The notes below the pieces were generated by a model. That model was not told the DNA's origin and ran no database searches. It saw nothing but the letters and a program-made list of their open reading frames with translations. This document shows, in pieces, positions 24,775 through 36,864 of a DNA stretch of 64,000 nucleotides (the stretch's first letter is position 1; each line of letters starts with the position of its first letter). Location of the stretch: NCBI GenBank assembly GCA_001949185.1, contig BDGG01000002.1:8541990-8605989 (forward strand), written 5' to 3'. Source of the DNA: Ramazzottius varieornatus. Its lineage: Eukaryota; Animalia; Tardigrada. Made by a program: the position numbers and the translations under genes.

Positions 24775-27700
24775 TTATCTGCGGATGTTCTCAAGCCATT
24801 TAACGATAGCGGCCAAGTTGCGTTTTCTCCAGCCGATGTTGGCGCGTGCCTTTTCGACGGCCTGACGGAAGGCTCGCTGACCTAGCGTCATTGTATCCTG
24901 GTTGTCAGTGATGAAGGTCTCCAGTTCTAGTAACTCGAAGGGGGTGTTGAAGGAACGTGTCAAGGCGTTGATAAGATGGCCCAGTCCTCCGATCACACCG
25001 GCGTACCTGCATCATCACTCGTCCATCAGGATAGACCAAGCGCTGTGTATAGCGGGAACCGTGACCAACCTTAGTCGTATTTCGTTCCAGCGTTCCCGGA
25101 AGAAGTTCCAAGCCAGATAGCGACCGACCGGGTTTTGAGCAATCAGCGACATGACCAAATCCCCATCCTGCTTTCGAATGTGAACGCTAGTTAGGGACCA
25201 TTCCAGTAACCTGCAAAGCAAAGGCGCTCCAAATCGTAGCTCACTCCGGTGTAACACAGAGAGAAGAGACAATTTCTGCTGGGTCTTGTACCGGTTGAGT
25301 ATCCAGGGTTCTCGTGAGCAAGTTAGAGATGTCAGGAATTGCCGCTTCTCACTGGTCGTTGTCGTCTTCTTGTACATTTCCCAGGCAAAGTCCCACTCTT
25401 CCGCGTTGCCATATCGTATGGCGTTACAGTATACAACCGACTTCAAATTTGGCGATATCCTGAAGATCGACAGACAGTCACCGTTGGAACCCTTTTCTCC
25501 TTTGAGAAAAGATGTCGTGTAAATACTACTTGTTCTGCTCTGGGTTGGACATCCATCGTGTGAAGATCAACTTTGCATTTTCCACGCAGTTATCGTGACC
25601 GTAATAACAGGCTGCTTGTAGGATTTCTACTCGCTGCAACCTGTTGGTAATTGGGATGATTATACAACATATTCTCGTACTTAAGTTCATTCAGCGACGC
25701 AGCAATAGTCATCTGGCGCTACCTACTGTTGGATGTGCGAGTCAGTCGAGCTGTCTCCCCAGCCCAGAATAATGTAGATGGGGCGTAGCTGGCGCAAGAT
25801 ATATGCCTGCAAAATAACAGAAGATGATTCGCTAGTTGGATGGCGGAGAGGTCGAGCTCGAGCTTGTCAAAGTAGTACCTTTAATAGCCCATAGTGTTCT
25901 GAACTCTGCAGCATGGCGTCGACAAATTCCAATGCTTTTAGGCAGGAAACCCATGGTAGAAAGTCCTGCTCGCCAATCAGGTACTCCGTTGTCGAGAAAG
26001 CGATGGCGTAGTCCAAATAGGCGGCACTGCAATGCGAAGCAATCTCACTGCTTCTGTCCGCCTCCTCATTAAGGAAAAAATCCCAGCTGTCACCGTACCG
26101 AGCCAGGGTCAATGCGTCGTTAACGATTTGGGCGCGGTTGATTACGTCGATTTTCATTCGGTCAGTATTCAGCTGCGTAATGAGAAGCTTCCAGTTGCGT
26201 TCGTCATAATTGACACGATAATATCCCGTCTGTCGAACGTTGACTAGAATCCATTCGTTTTGCGGAGAGAGCAATTCGTTGACCGTTTCTGTAATTATTT
26301 AACTTCTTTGTGAGCTGGACAAACGAAGTGATCACATGCCTTCAACCAAATGCAACGAAAGCGTGCGCCATTTAGGAAAACAAGTTCGCCAAAGATCGTT
26401 TTTCTATTCCAAGTGGCGCAGACTTCCAGCTAGTAACGTTGGGAACGTGCGCCACTCGCCCTACTTGGAAAGTTATTCCTCAGGTATGACGAATTTCAGG
26501 TTCAATTTGTCGGTACCTGCCTCTCCCTTGTGACAATGGTCCCTCCTGGGAGAGACTGGGCGTTTTTCAAACTTCAACAGACTAGACACCTCGGGTCTGG
26601 CTGACCGAACACGCCCGTTACACCTCGGTCTAAAGTGTCCTCATGAACAAGCTTAGAAGACATATGACAAAACTGAAGTACACTTTCGTCATTCCTGCGG
26701 GTGTTTAAAGCCTCTTTTCATAGAACTTTCTGACTAGGGTTGAATAAGGACATGGTTCAGTTCGTTTGCCTAACTTTCGTTTGGTTTCGTTCCGGTGTAT
26801 CTTACTATTTTCCTTGCTGAGCCACAGTTGTTTCGGTTTGTCATAGTTGCGATCGCTGGCCGTAATCATGGTCAAAGGGACATGCCATGCGAAGCCCGAC
26901 TCAGATCGTTCAGCCGATGATGCCGATGTTTCGGGCTCGATGAAGAAGTGCTGCTGGTAGACTCTGACGTTCTTGCTGCTGTAGTCTTGTGTGATGGTGA
27001 TGACGGGATAGCCCATCTGTAGGGTCCACGAGTCCATGACCATTTTAACGTCAATGTATTTGCCGTCTTGACGACCGGCTTCCGTCAGGTGACGCCACAA
27101 GTCGTCCTGTTCGGCGTTGCTGTAGGAGAAGGCCGTCAGGTAGCTCTTCAAGCCTTTCTTCAGAGTCTCTTCGCCCAGGAAATGCCGCATCATGCGAATT
27201 AACGAGCAACCCTGAAACGATCGCCAGACAGCCTGTAAAACACGGCAGAAGGATACGCTTTCTCCACAGCGAAAAAGAACGCACCTTGCCATAGGATATG
27301 CGGTCGAAGATTTCGCCAATCTCGTCTGGATGGTATACAGGCAGTTGGATGGCATGGGATGTGTTTAAAGCGTCCGATTCGAAAGTGTCATGGATATTCT
27401 CGATAACAAACATTTGCGACTATAGGGAAAATCCTTTTTGTGCTACAGCTGGACGAAGCTGGCCAAAGTGCGCTGCATTATTTCGAACGTACCATTTGCC
27501 AAGTGGGAAAGGCAAAGTCCACGCCGTGGTATTCTAGAAAGCTGGCAAAGCCCTCGTTGAGCCATAGAGTGTCCCACCATTTTGGTGTGACCAGGTTTCC
27601 GAACCACTATAACCAAGGCTTGTCAAAAAAAGAGAGCTGCTTGAAAATTCTGTGGCTGGATACAAAGCCAAGAGGTGAGGCAGGCTTTACCTGATGTGCC

Positions 27701-29895
27701 ACTTCGTGGGCTACAACGATGGCTATGAGCTGCTTGGAACTGGCCGGTGATAACTCGGCATCATACAGCATCATGCCTTCGCGGAAGACTGCAGCTCCCC
27801 AGTTCTCCATAGCTCCAGCTATGAAATCTGGCACCGCGATCAGATCTGCCAAGGATAAAAACGCGTCAAAGACGCCAAACATGTCTATCTGCTGCAAGAA
27901 GCACCCTCTGTATTTCGCCAAAACCGTGTAACCGAGAACTGAGTGCTCAACTGGTAGTCAAAGCAAGTCGGCAATTAACTTATGGATTTAACTTCAAGAA
28001 TATAACATTATGTCGTTACCTCACACACAGTACACGCAAAATAGAAATCATGGGCCAGTGAGAATTATGGACCAGGCCTTTTCCCTATGGCGGTACGGAA
28101 GTGCGTACGAAGGCGACTGATTTACAGTAATACACTTTTCGACACCTTTGTACGGTTGAATTCTGACTAATTTGCCGTCTTTTCCGCCTGGCCCATAACT
28201 CTTACTGGCTCGTAATATCTCTTGGTGCGAGTAGACTTGTAAAGCTGAGCGTTTACCGAATTTGGATAGGGGGAACGGAATTCCAAAATAGTTTTCAAAA
28301 TGTGTCAGCATCTGAACAGCAACGTCCAGCGCAAACTCCCCTTGGGCCAGAGCGTCGGGTCGAGTCCAGACACGGACCTGCAGACAGAGAGTGGGTTGAA
28401 GGCAACTGCGGGTCTAATAAGGGTAGAATATTTACGGGGCAGAACTGGTGACAGACCTTGACACCGTTGTCGGCCACCTTTTCTTTATTGGTGAAATCGC
28501 AGACAACGATAACCAGCAGATAAGTGGACATTGGCAGAGTGCGGTTGTAGACATCGGCCACTAGATTCTCGGCTCTGTCAACAATCAGACGATGGATGAT
28601 CAAGCCGGCGCATAAATTAAGCCAAGATGTGTGTCAAGTGAATGTAGTGGGTGGCACTAGCGGAAGTGTGCCACTTGGTCGATTTCCAGCAGGCATGAAT
28701 GTAGTCTGTAACGAATAGCATACCTGGTGTCTTGGCGCATCACTTCCATGTTGGATATGGAGATCATGTTGGCCGGACGAACCACCGTAATGTCGAAGGT
28801 CGCCTTGAAGATGGGCTCGTCAAAACAGGGAAAGACGCGCCGGGCGTCCGTGGGTTGAAACTGCGTAGTCGCCAACCAGCTACCGCCACAATCCAATTAT
28901 TAAGCATGGATGCTTTTCGCAAAAGAGGAGAAGCATTGAGTACCTTGTAGTGCCATCACGTTCATACTTGCTCCTATAGAATCCCCGCAGTTCATCGTTC
29001 AGCTTCCCCGAGAATTTCAGGCTGACATTGTACTTGACTCCAGGTAGCAAATCCGCCTTGAAAGTAAAGGTTAAAAACTGTCGTACACGATCCTCTTTCC
29101 AGTTGAGCATTTTTGGCGCATCGTTGTTTTCATCCGCCGTAAAGCCAATCATGGACTCGTTGACCGCTAGGTCCTTCATATGCAAGGTCAGGCTCCGCAC
29201 GGGTGTCTTACACATGAAGACGACGTCAACCTCGCCGTAGAAGCGAAAGTCGGGGTTGAGGACCGGTCGTAGTTCCAGTCGATAATGGACGGGGAAAACA
29301 TCCACCGGTAGACGAATATCCCGTGGTCGTTCAACGGCAGCCCCCGACCGCGATGACGAGCCGTTGAGGGCAAGAAGGGCCTCTGTAGAAGAAAGAGCCG
29401 CCAGTCCGCAGGATGACCTGACGGCGAAGCCCGTCACCAGAGCGATCATGGCGATGATGACAGTCACCAGCATGACGTAACCTGTGGTGCGATAGTTCAC
29501 AGATATAACTCACATTTTTGACAAATATTTGTAACGATTTTTCGTAGCATCTGATATATGTGAGGTGAGAAGCAGACAAAGTAAGACAATCGGTGGGAAG
29601 GAGAGAAGTGCATTATAGACACGATATTGTAACACTGACCGACTAGGACATTCTTGGGTACGAAGTAACCTTCGGCTGTGTGCTTGCTGCAGCCTGTCAA
29701 GGAGGAGGAAGTGGAAGCCGACACCAGTGACTTGGTCTCCTTGGACGAGCATGAGCACGTGGGTGTAACGCTGGCATGTTCATGCTGGATAATGTGGCAT
29801 TCCGGCGCGTCCGCGCTGGAATGTGTGGGAGCTGACAGAGGGTCGCTGTGAGCGTCGACGCCCAGAGAAGTCGGATTGGCGCTAGTCGCTGCCAT
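24775..29895 (-). CDS. M1 family aminopeptidase N-like type II membrane metalloprotease, multi-exon
   Basis: TM anchor, [75 protein letters not shown]1_C-type tail. Confidence 0.93.
26324..26460. repeat. Intronic fixed-spacer inverted-repeat array, 2 units
   Basis: Degenerate GAAGTGATCACA-27nt-TGCGCCATTT and CCAAGTGGCGCA-27nt-TGCGCCACT in an aminopeptidase intron. Confidence 0.8.
28033..28231. mobile_element. MITE family A copy in an aminopeptidase intron
   Basis: Shares ggccttttccctatggcggtacggaa and agtaatacacttttcgacac with 42927-43122; TA flanks. Confidence 0.75.
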
Positions 29896-30409
29896 TATGG
29901 GATCGATCTGAGCAGTACGGACGACAACGACCGCTGGAATGTCCTTAATGAACCATTTGCCTCATACCAAGATGGATATGCTCAAATACAGGACGAGATC
30001 ATCAGTTTTCTAACTTCGTCGAGCTGCCATACACCGTATCACATAGGGTAGAACAGAACTTTCTAATAAATTTTTACGTGATCATGGTTTTGATGAAAGC
30101 CGGGAGGGAGTCTGTACATAATAGTTCGGAACACGAAAGTCAATAAACTACTATTATCTGCGCAGAGTCTGAACAGAGCAACGAGGTTTGGCAGCCGAAC
30201 GTAGTCCATTTTGTTTGGTCGTGGCGCATTAGCCGCGGTGGTTGTTTGGCGGATGGAAGTAGTGTTACAGCAAAGCAGTACACTTAAGGAACCAAGTAGT
30301 GGTTAAGTTATTTCGCAAAAGTGTCGTAGCTCGCTCTTCACTGCTGCATACATTACGATGCGTCAAGTTGGTAACGGTTAAAGGGTAACGAGCTGACGTC
30401 ATCAGGCTG

Positions 30410-31145
30410 CTAAACGCCACAGCGCAGCGTCGCTCTTTGGCTTTCTGGCATCCGACAGTGTCCGCTGGATGAACATTCATGGCAGTCGCCATCTGTGGCG
30501 CATCCTTTTAAGTGAAAGCAGCAAGTCTGAGAACAGATGATCCGTAGGATGGATCACCAGAGAGTGAGTTTACTTAGCCAGCAGCGATTGCCGTGAAGCC
30601 TGCCGTCGCTAGTAGAGTTGGACATGTCACGGCATTGTTGATCCAGTCCGAAGCTCATCCCACGCAAGCAATCTCGATCGTCCTGACAGAATTTCGCACC
30701 GGCGTAGTGACACTTTTCTCGATGACAACGATATGACGTTTCACAGTCTGCATCACTTGCGCAGTTGCCACCTGAGTCAAAACCCTTAACGTTTCAGTAC
30801 TGATAAGTGTACTTGAAAACAAAATGGCCATAACTATGTCAGAGGAGATGATCAGGAATGAATTATCTTACCGATGAGAGCGGTCAGAGACTGATTGAAA
30901 GCGGTACACATCCCCAGGACGCGGTCGCACTTGGAATCTGCCGCTGAGCAGTTGGCATCACTGCTACAGGAACTCGAATTCAGGACAGATGAAAAATGAT
31001 GATGTGTAGGAGTACAGATTCCAGTGGCCGTTTTATCTGGATTCGCCGGGACAACAATGACCTCCTGGGGCCGGGCCAAAGTATGTATTAAACCGTTGGC
31101 AACAAAGATGGCCAAAGGGGAAGAACTCATCCAGCGCTGCCGCAT
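30410..31145 (-). CDS. Small putatively secreted Cys-rich protein with repeated CxxDxD/NC modules, 3 exons
   Basis: Splicing of exons about 31145-30872, 30772-30575 and 30505-30410 yields CSSDANC, CASDADC, CQDDRDC, CATDGDC in frame; weak signal peptide. Confidence 0.6.
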
Positions 31146-31547
31146 TCTTCGTCATCTACACGAGATTAGTGGTATGACATGTGCAGTAATGTGCACCAAA
31201 TGAGCAGGCCCACCTGTAGGTATCCGCAACGGATGTAAAAAGTGCCGGAACCGAATTTTGGAGTTCTAGGACAGACAGTCAGAACTCCACCTGGCAAAGA
31301 CAGTGCCGTGTTCTTGTAATACTACGTACTCATGCGGTAGTCTGCTGAATTTGAACTTTTCTACACGCTTCAAAACTTGACACTTGAACTCGGGCTTCAA
31401 AGTTTTCTAGCTCTAACCGAGATAACAAAAACGAGGTTCTGCAAGATATAATCGGTGAAGTGCAGAACGGACTTTGGCTTGCGCGAGCAAAGTCTGAAGC
31501 GTGATGCAGCGTTCTATTTAGCCCGGTGTTAGCCTACAGTACACGCT

Positions 31548-32005
31548 AAAGTACTAATCCGCTCAACGTTTTCCAAACCATAACCATGTTTTCGAAAAAT
31601 CTCAAAACCAAACCAATGCGAGCGGTTTGCAGAACCGGAAAGTTTTGAGCGGGACCAGGCGGAAATATTTTCGAGGGTAAATCAAGCGGAAACCAGCGGA
31701 GTTTTTGACCGTCAGTATTAGTGATGTTGCGGCTTTTTTGCAAGTACGATCGCCTCACTCAGATTTCAACTATCTGTAGCCCTAGCAGACGTTTTACCCC
31801 ATGTAAGACAGCTCGAAACAAGCAAATTTCGAGTTTATCTCAGGAGGTCTGCTGATTTTGCTCAAGCGGAAACCTATTTGAAATTTGAATCTGACAAACC
31901 AAACCGAACCAGGCGGAAATATTATTTCCAAATCTTGAGCGGAGCCAAGCGAAATTTCCGCCTGGTTTCGGTTTGGTTCCACCCGGCGGACCGAATTAGT
32001 ACTTG
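31548..32005. repeat. Degenerate TIR element with internal accaggcggaaat/gcggaaacc repeats
   Basis: aagtactaatccgctc is mirrored by gaccgaattagtactt; repeated internal motifs. A truncated MITE A end abuts at 32010-32080. Confidence 0.4.
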
Positions 32006-33899
32006 AGTACACGCACGATGGGTAAGTATGGGACAGTACAAAGTATGACACAGACCTTTTCGCTACGGCGGCACGGGCAGGAGATTCTTACTAGAAGTAA
32101 AAACCAGCACTGAAGGCTACTTTTCTGTACGTCCGTACTGAATATTGAGCCAAGGACTCAAGGAGCTGAAGATGTCAGTTTATAACAGTAGTTAGCTCTG
32201 TTTTGCAGGAACATCTCTTTTCTTTTCGAGGAGCGTCGCTGGAACGAAGTAAATAAACAATCCGCAGTCTCGAAATGCAACAGTCAAACAGCTGGTCGGC
32301 TGATGGACACTATCCATGACAATTTTCTACGGTTAAGTTTCACTGCGTTACGTCATATGCTCAATTTTCATTGCTGGCTCGCATTCAGGATGTAAATTTG
32401 CCGTCCTTTCTGTCTGTCCCATACTTACCCATCGTGCGTGTACTTTTGAGAAAAGGCTCTCTGACTTACAGCTGCAAACGCGAAAATCTCGCATGCTTAG
32501 AACCTCTAGGAGCTAGACGTAACTACATTAGCACCCTGAACACCACGGCATGTTGTAATAGCTCGACAAGACACTGGACAATTCTTGTTTGGACAGCTGT
32601 ACTGGATGATTGGACTGGACAAACTCAGTCAAAACTGCGTATGAACGCGACCGAAGTCCGAAAACATCTTTCTTATACTCTGCGAAATGAAGCAAAAATG
32701 ACATAGCAAATGCAGCATTGAGGTCCGTAGACGATCCGATTTGTATTATCAGAATTCCGTTAGATCGCCATGATCACTTTAGCAATAGTTCAAACTTATG
32801 TAAGAGAACAAATTTGCGCGAATTCGACTTTCGTAAGTCATTTCGACCTTTCAGAGCACTCCAGACTGAAAACGATATTCGAGTAGCAAATATTGTGTTG
32901 AGTTATCTGCAGAACTGTGTCAGCCAAAATTATATCCAAGGTCTTCCGAGGGCGCAGATCTGGATAGAAACGGAGAACCTTCGAAACCTGCCCAGTGCCT
33001 GCTTCTATTGACCATATGTGAGAGAAGAGCCTGTTCTTGTCACTCTTCCTACTCGCACGCAGAACCTGCTCGTTCAGTGTGCTTCATCCTAGTGGGGTGA
33101 TAGATTCAGGCATACTGTATGCTCTCCCGAAATTCACGTACGTCACTGACTCTCAAATCATTGGGGTCTTACCGTCTAGTTTTACACTCTGAATGGAGTG
33201 ACGTACGTGAATTTCGGGAGAGTATACAGTATCATTTTGCTTCCTTCTCCTACCATTGCATACCTTGTGACCAGTAACCAAGCAAGTAATGCTTACAAAG
33301 TACCAACTCGTTGGAATGGCTCATTCGCGGAGCCCATGCATAACGTACACTGCGCCAGTTCATCCGGGTTGGGGTATAAACGGTGTTCGTTTCAGAACTG
33401 CTTTCCAACCCATTTCGCGCATCGAAACATCTAAGCAAACATTATTCTCAACCAGCAAGCAAGTACTTTCCTGACAAGCAAATTAAGTTTCAATGAGCTT
33501 TCCGACCCAGTCAGAGTCATGAAAGTTCAGACTTACAAACATTATGACCTGTAAAGAGCGCAAAAACAAAATTAATAGTGTGCTAAAACTGGAATCGTTC
33601 AATGATTGGACACTGGCCGCATGTGCACGCATGCTACAGCTAGCGTCAACTACAGTGGCGAGCAGAACCTATCAACTGATGTGACGTATTGCGCACAAGA
33701 CGCGGAAAGTGCTCGAGCCCTTGCTTGTGGTCATCGTTTTATGCAGTGTGATACCTCGAACTCATTGGACCTCGAACCCATTTTTTTACGTTTCATCCCG
33801 TACGCGCGTCCACTATTAAGCCTCGCTTAATAATGCACTGTGCCACCAGCTTGAACAAAGAAAGCTCTAGCCACTTACAGTTCAAACACGGGGACCCAG

Positions 33900-35470
33900 C
33901 TCTCACTAAGTCAACTTCCGCCCATGCCAACATCGACAAAAATGAAAACACCGCTCAACGCCACGGTCTTCTCCCAGAATCTTCCCTCTTCTACTGATCC
34001 CTCATTCGTACATAATTTGATTGGCATGGTAACCAACAGAACCAACATCGGATACACTGGTCTGCATTACACGTGTCGCATTCAACGCCGGCTTCGCCTT
34101 CTCCTTCTCCTCGGCCCAGGACAAGCTCATCACGGAAGAAGTGAGATTACAGCATGCAGTCGCCTCTCCCCCTGCTCCTCCCTTCTCAAACCTGATCATC
34201 TCTTCCTTGCGTGTGCGACCAGAGAAGAACGTAAAGTTTCTCGTGACCATGAGAATATCCTCATCCTTTCGGAGCCAGTGTTAATGAATACAATGACCTT
34301 CATTGTTATCGTACACATTACTGTCGTATTGATGATCAATTATCTCGTTTCTGTTTCTGGTTCTCTTCCTCATTCGGGCCACTCATGCAGCCGCCATCGA
34401 TAACGCGATTGTCGAAGCTTTCTCGCCTTAACATCCCACAGTTCAGACAACTGGTCCCTCCGGCAGAGCAGAAGGCTTGTCCAATACCCGACAATTTCTC
34501 CGATCTTCACTCTTGTATATCGCTCAAAAAGGGATCTCCAAGAGATAGCAGTAGACATGATGCGCATTTCCACCACCATCCGGAAATCGTATGAAAGTGG
34601 TCTGAAAAAATTCAGTCGTTTCCGTCGTGCGCAGAAAATCCGTAGGATTAACCAGGCAGCGCGATTTTGCTGTTTATTGCCAGCCTCCACAATTAGCACG
34701 TCTCGCCTTCCACCGTCAAAGTCCAACTGCCTGACTTCACCGCTGACCATTACATCTCTCATGCCGGCGGGGATTTCTCCGTCCCAATAAACGTTCTCTT
34801 GATTTCCACCTATTCCCAGCACTATCCCGTCCACTGGACGCATGAAGTCTCGTTTGTGCTATTCCCGGCTCGATACGTGTGTTCAGCATCTCTACTGCAA
34901 CGCCTGTTGCTTTGCCTTCTTCGGTCTTCTCTGCTCTTCGTAATTCACAACCAGTGAAAACACAATCCATTATCGGGATGTGTCCATCGATCCTTTATTG
35001 GAATGTTTCCAGCAATTCTGACTCCTTCTTTACGCTAAACGTACGTCACAGCAAAGCTGGTTCCAACCAGTCAGAGACTATTCGACGAACTGACCATTCG
35101 ATGTATCCTGTTCGTGCCTTAATGAACTTCCGTTACCAGCGCGAAGCACTATAGCCGCCTGAACTTCTAGTGTTATAGTTCAATGACGGTACCTTCCTCA
35201 CGCATTTCCTGTGCAATCAAGCCGTCAAAACCCTCCTCAAGCACGAGCCGCATCTCTATCGGTACCCCCTTACAGTTTCAGGATTGGAGGTGCCGCAGCA
35301 GTCACCGACCATAACACCAATCAAACTCCCATTCAACAACCTGGCCGCTGGAAATCTTCTGCTCACAGCGAATACATCCGGTCTTTCCCTCCCTGTCGCC
35401 AACTCAGGTTCTTCTGATTCTTCAGTGGGAGATCATTGATGAATGACCCCAATATTGGGGGGCATTCGGA
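33900..35470 (+). mobile_element. Degenerate, internally deleted Ngaro/DIRS-type tyrosine-recombinase retrotransposon
   Basis: Pol-start-like DPSFVHNLI...NIGYTG (33990-34060), RNase-H-end-like LSRLNIPQFRQLVPPAE..CPIP (34420-34490), YR motifs SKAG...YPVRAL (35050-35120) and YSFRIGGA...I..PGRWKSSA...YIR (35270-35380); many stops and frameshifts. Confidence 0.75.
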
Positions 35471-36321
35471 TTTGCTTCGCATCCGAATTACGAGTGCCTC
35501 TGTTCCTGCAAAGTCCCTTCCGCGTTCGTACAGTAAAAGCCTATGCAAGTTATCGGGCTATATTTCCGCATTTGCTATCACGTCGCTGTCATGCCAGCAA
35601 AATAATGAAATGTTTGCGTGGTGGAAATTGCTCTATGCGGTTGTACGAATCTTTCATTGCGTAACAAACCTATGTTAACACTCAAAAGACCACGCAATTC
35701 CGAGCTCTGGAAGTACAAGGAGGGGAGATCATCTTCCTCACTTTTTGAATGGCTGAAGTCATGGGGCGGGGTCAGATCGGACCAATTACTACATGTACGC
35801 TCCGCATTTTTTGGGTCAAATGCGCCACCTAGTGAATTGACGTGCCACACCTATGTAATTTTGCTCACCCCACTGGCCATACAATACGAGGCACATAGAA
35901 GCTTCTAAGATTGCATCAATGTACCAGCTTTGTTCTCAATTTTTAAGAAGTTTTTCCGTCAGCCAGGTCGTGAGTCAAAATTTGATCTTTCCACTCAGGA
36001 CGAAATCTGCCCAAATACGAAAAACTCTTCAGAAATTTTCAGAACGCTTCTAGCTAGTGCCCGTCTGCTTGGATTAGCAGAAACAAAGTTTCTGAAAGCA
36101 CAGGTGGAAATCCGAGGGGAAAAGGTTCAACAAGAACCATTCTGCAAGGTAATTAGGGTGTGCCAGGCAACCAGGGTACCCCCTTGGTCTGTTTATTGTT
36201 AACAGCGTTTTCGAACTTCTTGCAACAATCAGCCATTTGCGAACTCAGAGAGATTCTTGAGGTTTTGGATTCTGCAAGCGGTTCAGCGGATAACAATCGG
36301 TATAGGTGGCTTTTTGGAGTA

Positions 36322-36578
36322 CAGTCCGGTCGTTCGAAATCCGTACCAAATTTTCACATTTCTAAAATGAGAAAATCATTCAATGTTAACCACAGTGCTC
36401 ACCATGCCCAGAATGCCTGTCATCTGCCATTTGATTACTTGATTACACCAGTTAAGACAGGGTGTAGTGCTTGTGTTATGCAGTTTTGGCATTTAGCATG
36501 GCATGCTGCATGGTGAATGTATGGCGGGCTCTGAACTAAGATCCAAAAATTTGGTACGGATTTCGAGCGACTGGACTG
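36322..36578. mobile_element. Tc1/mariner-like MITE (CAGT termini)
   Basis: cagtccggtcgttcgaaatccgtaccaaatttt is mirrored by aaaatttggtacggatttcgagcgactggactg. Confidence 0.7.
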
Positions 36579-36864
36579 CATATCTGAAACGATTTTTTTT
36601 ACAAACCGCGCTTGTGTACTATAGTAAGACACTTTGTTCCATATGCTCTCTAACTGAATACTTGCATCATCTGCCGCCCATAATTGTAATCGGTGTTGCA
36701 TTACAGAACACTTTTTGCTGTCGTTATTGCGCGGTCCACTGCAATTCGATACAATTGTTTGCAAGAGCAATACTTAAACTATGCGCTGGATCCTAAAGAC
36801 CCAAGGCATTGCCACACGTAATAAGGGTCTTAGCGTTTCCGCTGATTAGTTCAGAGGAATAGCG

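Noticed and set aside
3026-26460. CRISPR interpretation of the repeat/fixed-length-spacer pattern
   Set aside because: Arms alternate in orientation and are only 8-12 bp, spacers share a loose consensus, arrays have 1-3 units inside spliceosomal introns, and there are no cas genes.
3026-26460. Arm CCAAGTGGCGC as a CTCF site
   Set aside because: It resembles the 3' half, but the conserved AG of AGRKGGC is consistently AA and the 5' CCASY part is missing; not supportable.
24775-29895. TRH-degrading ectoenzyme forming a functional cluster with TRHR and AstC
   Set aside because: The motif is GAMEN (aminopeptidase N type) rather than AAMEN; proximity is plausibly chance in a compact genome.
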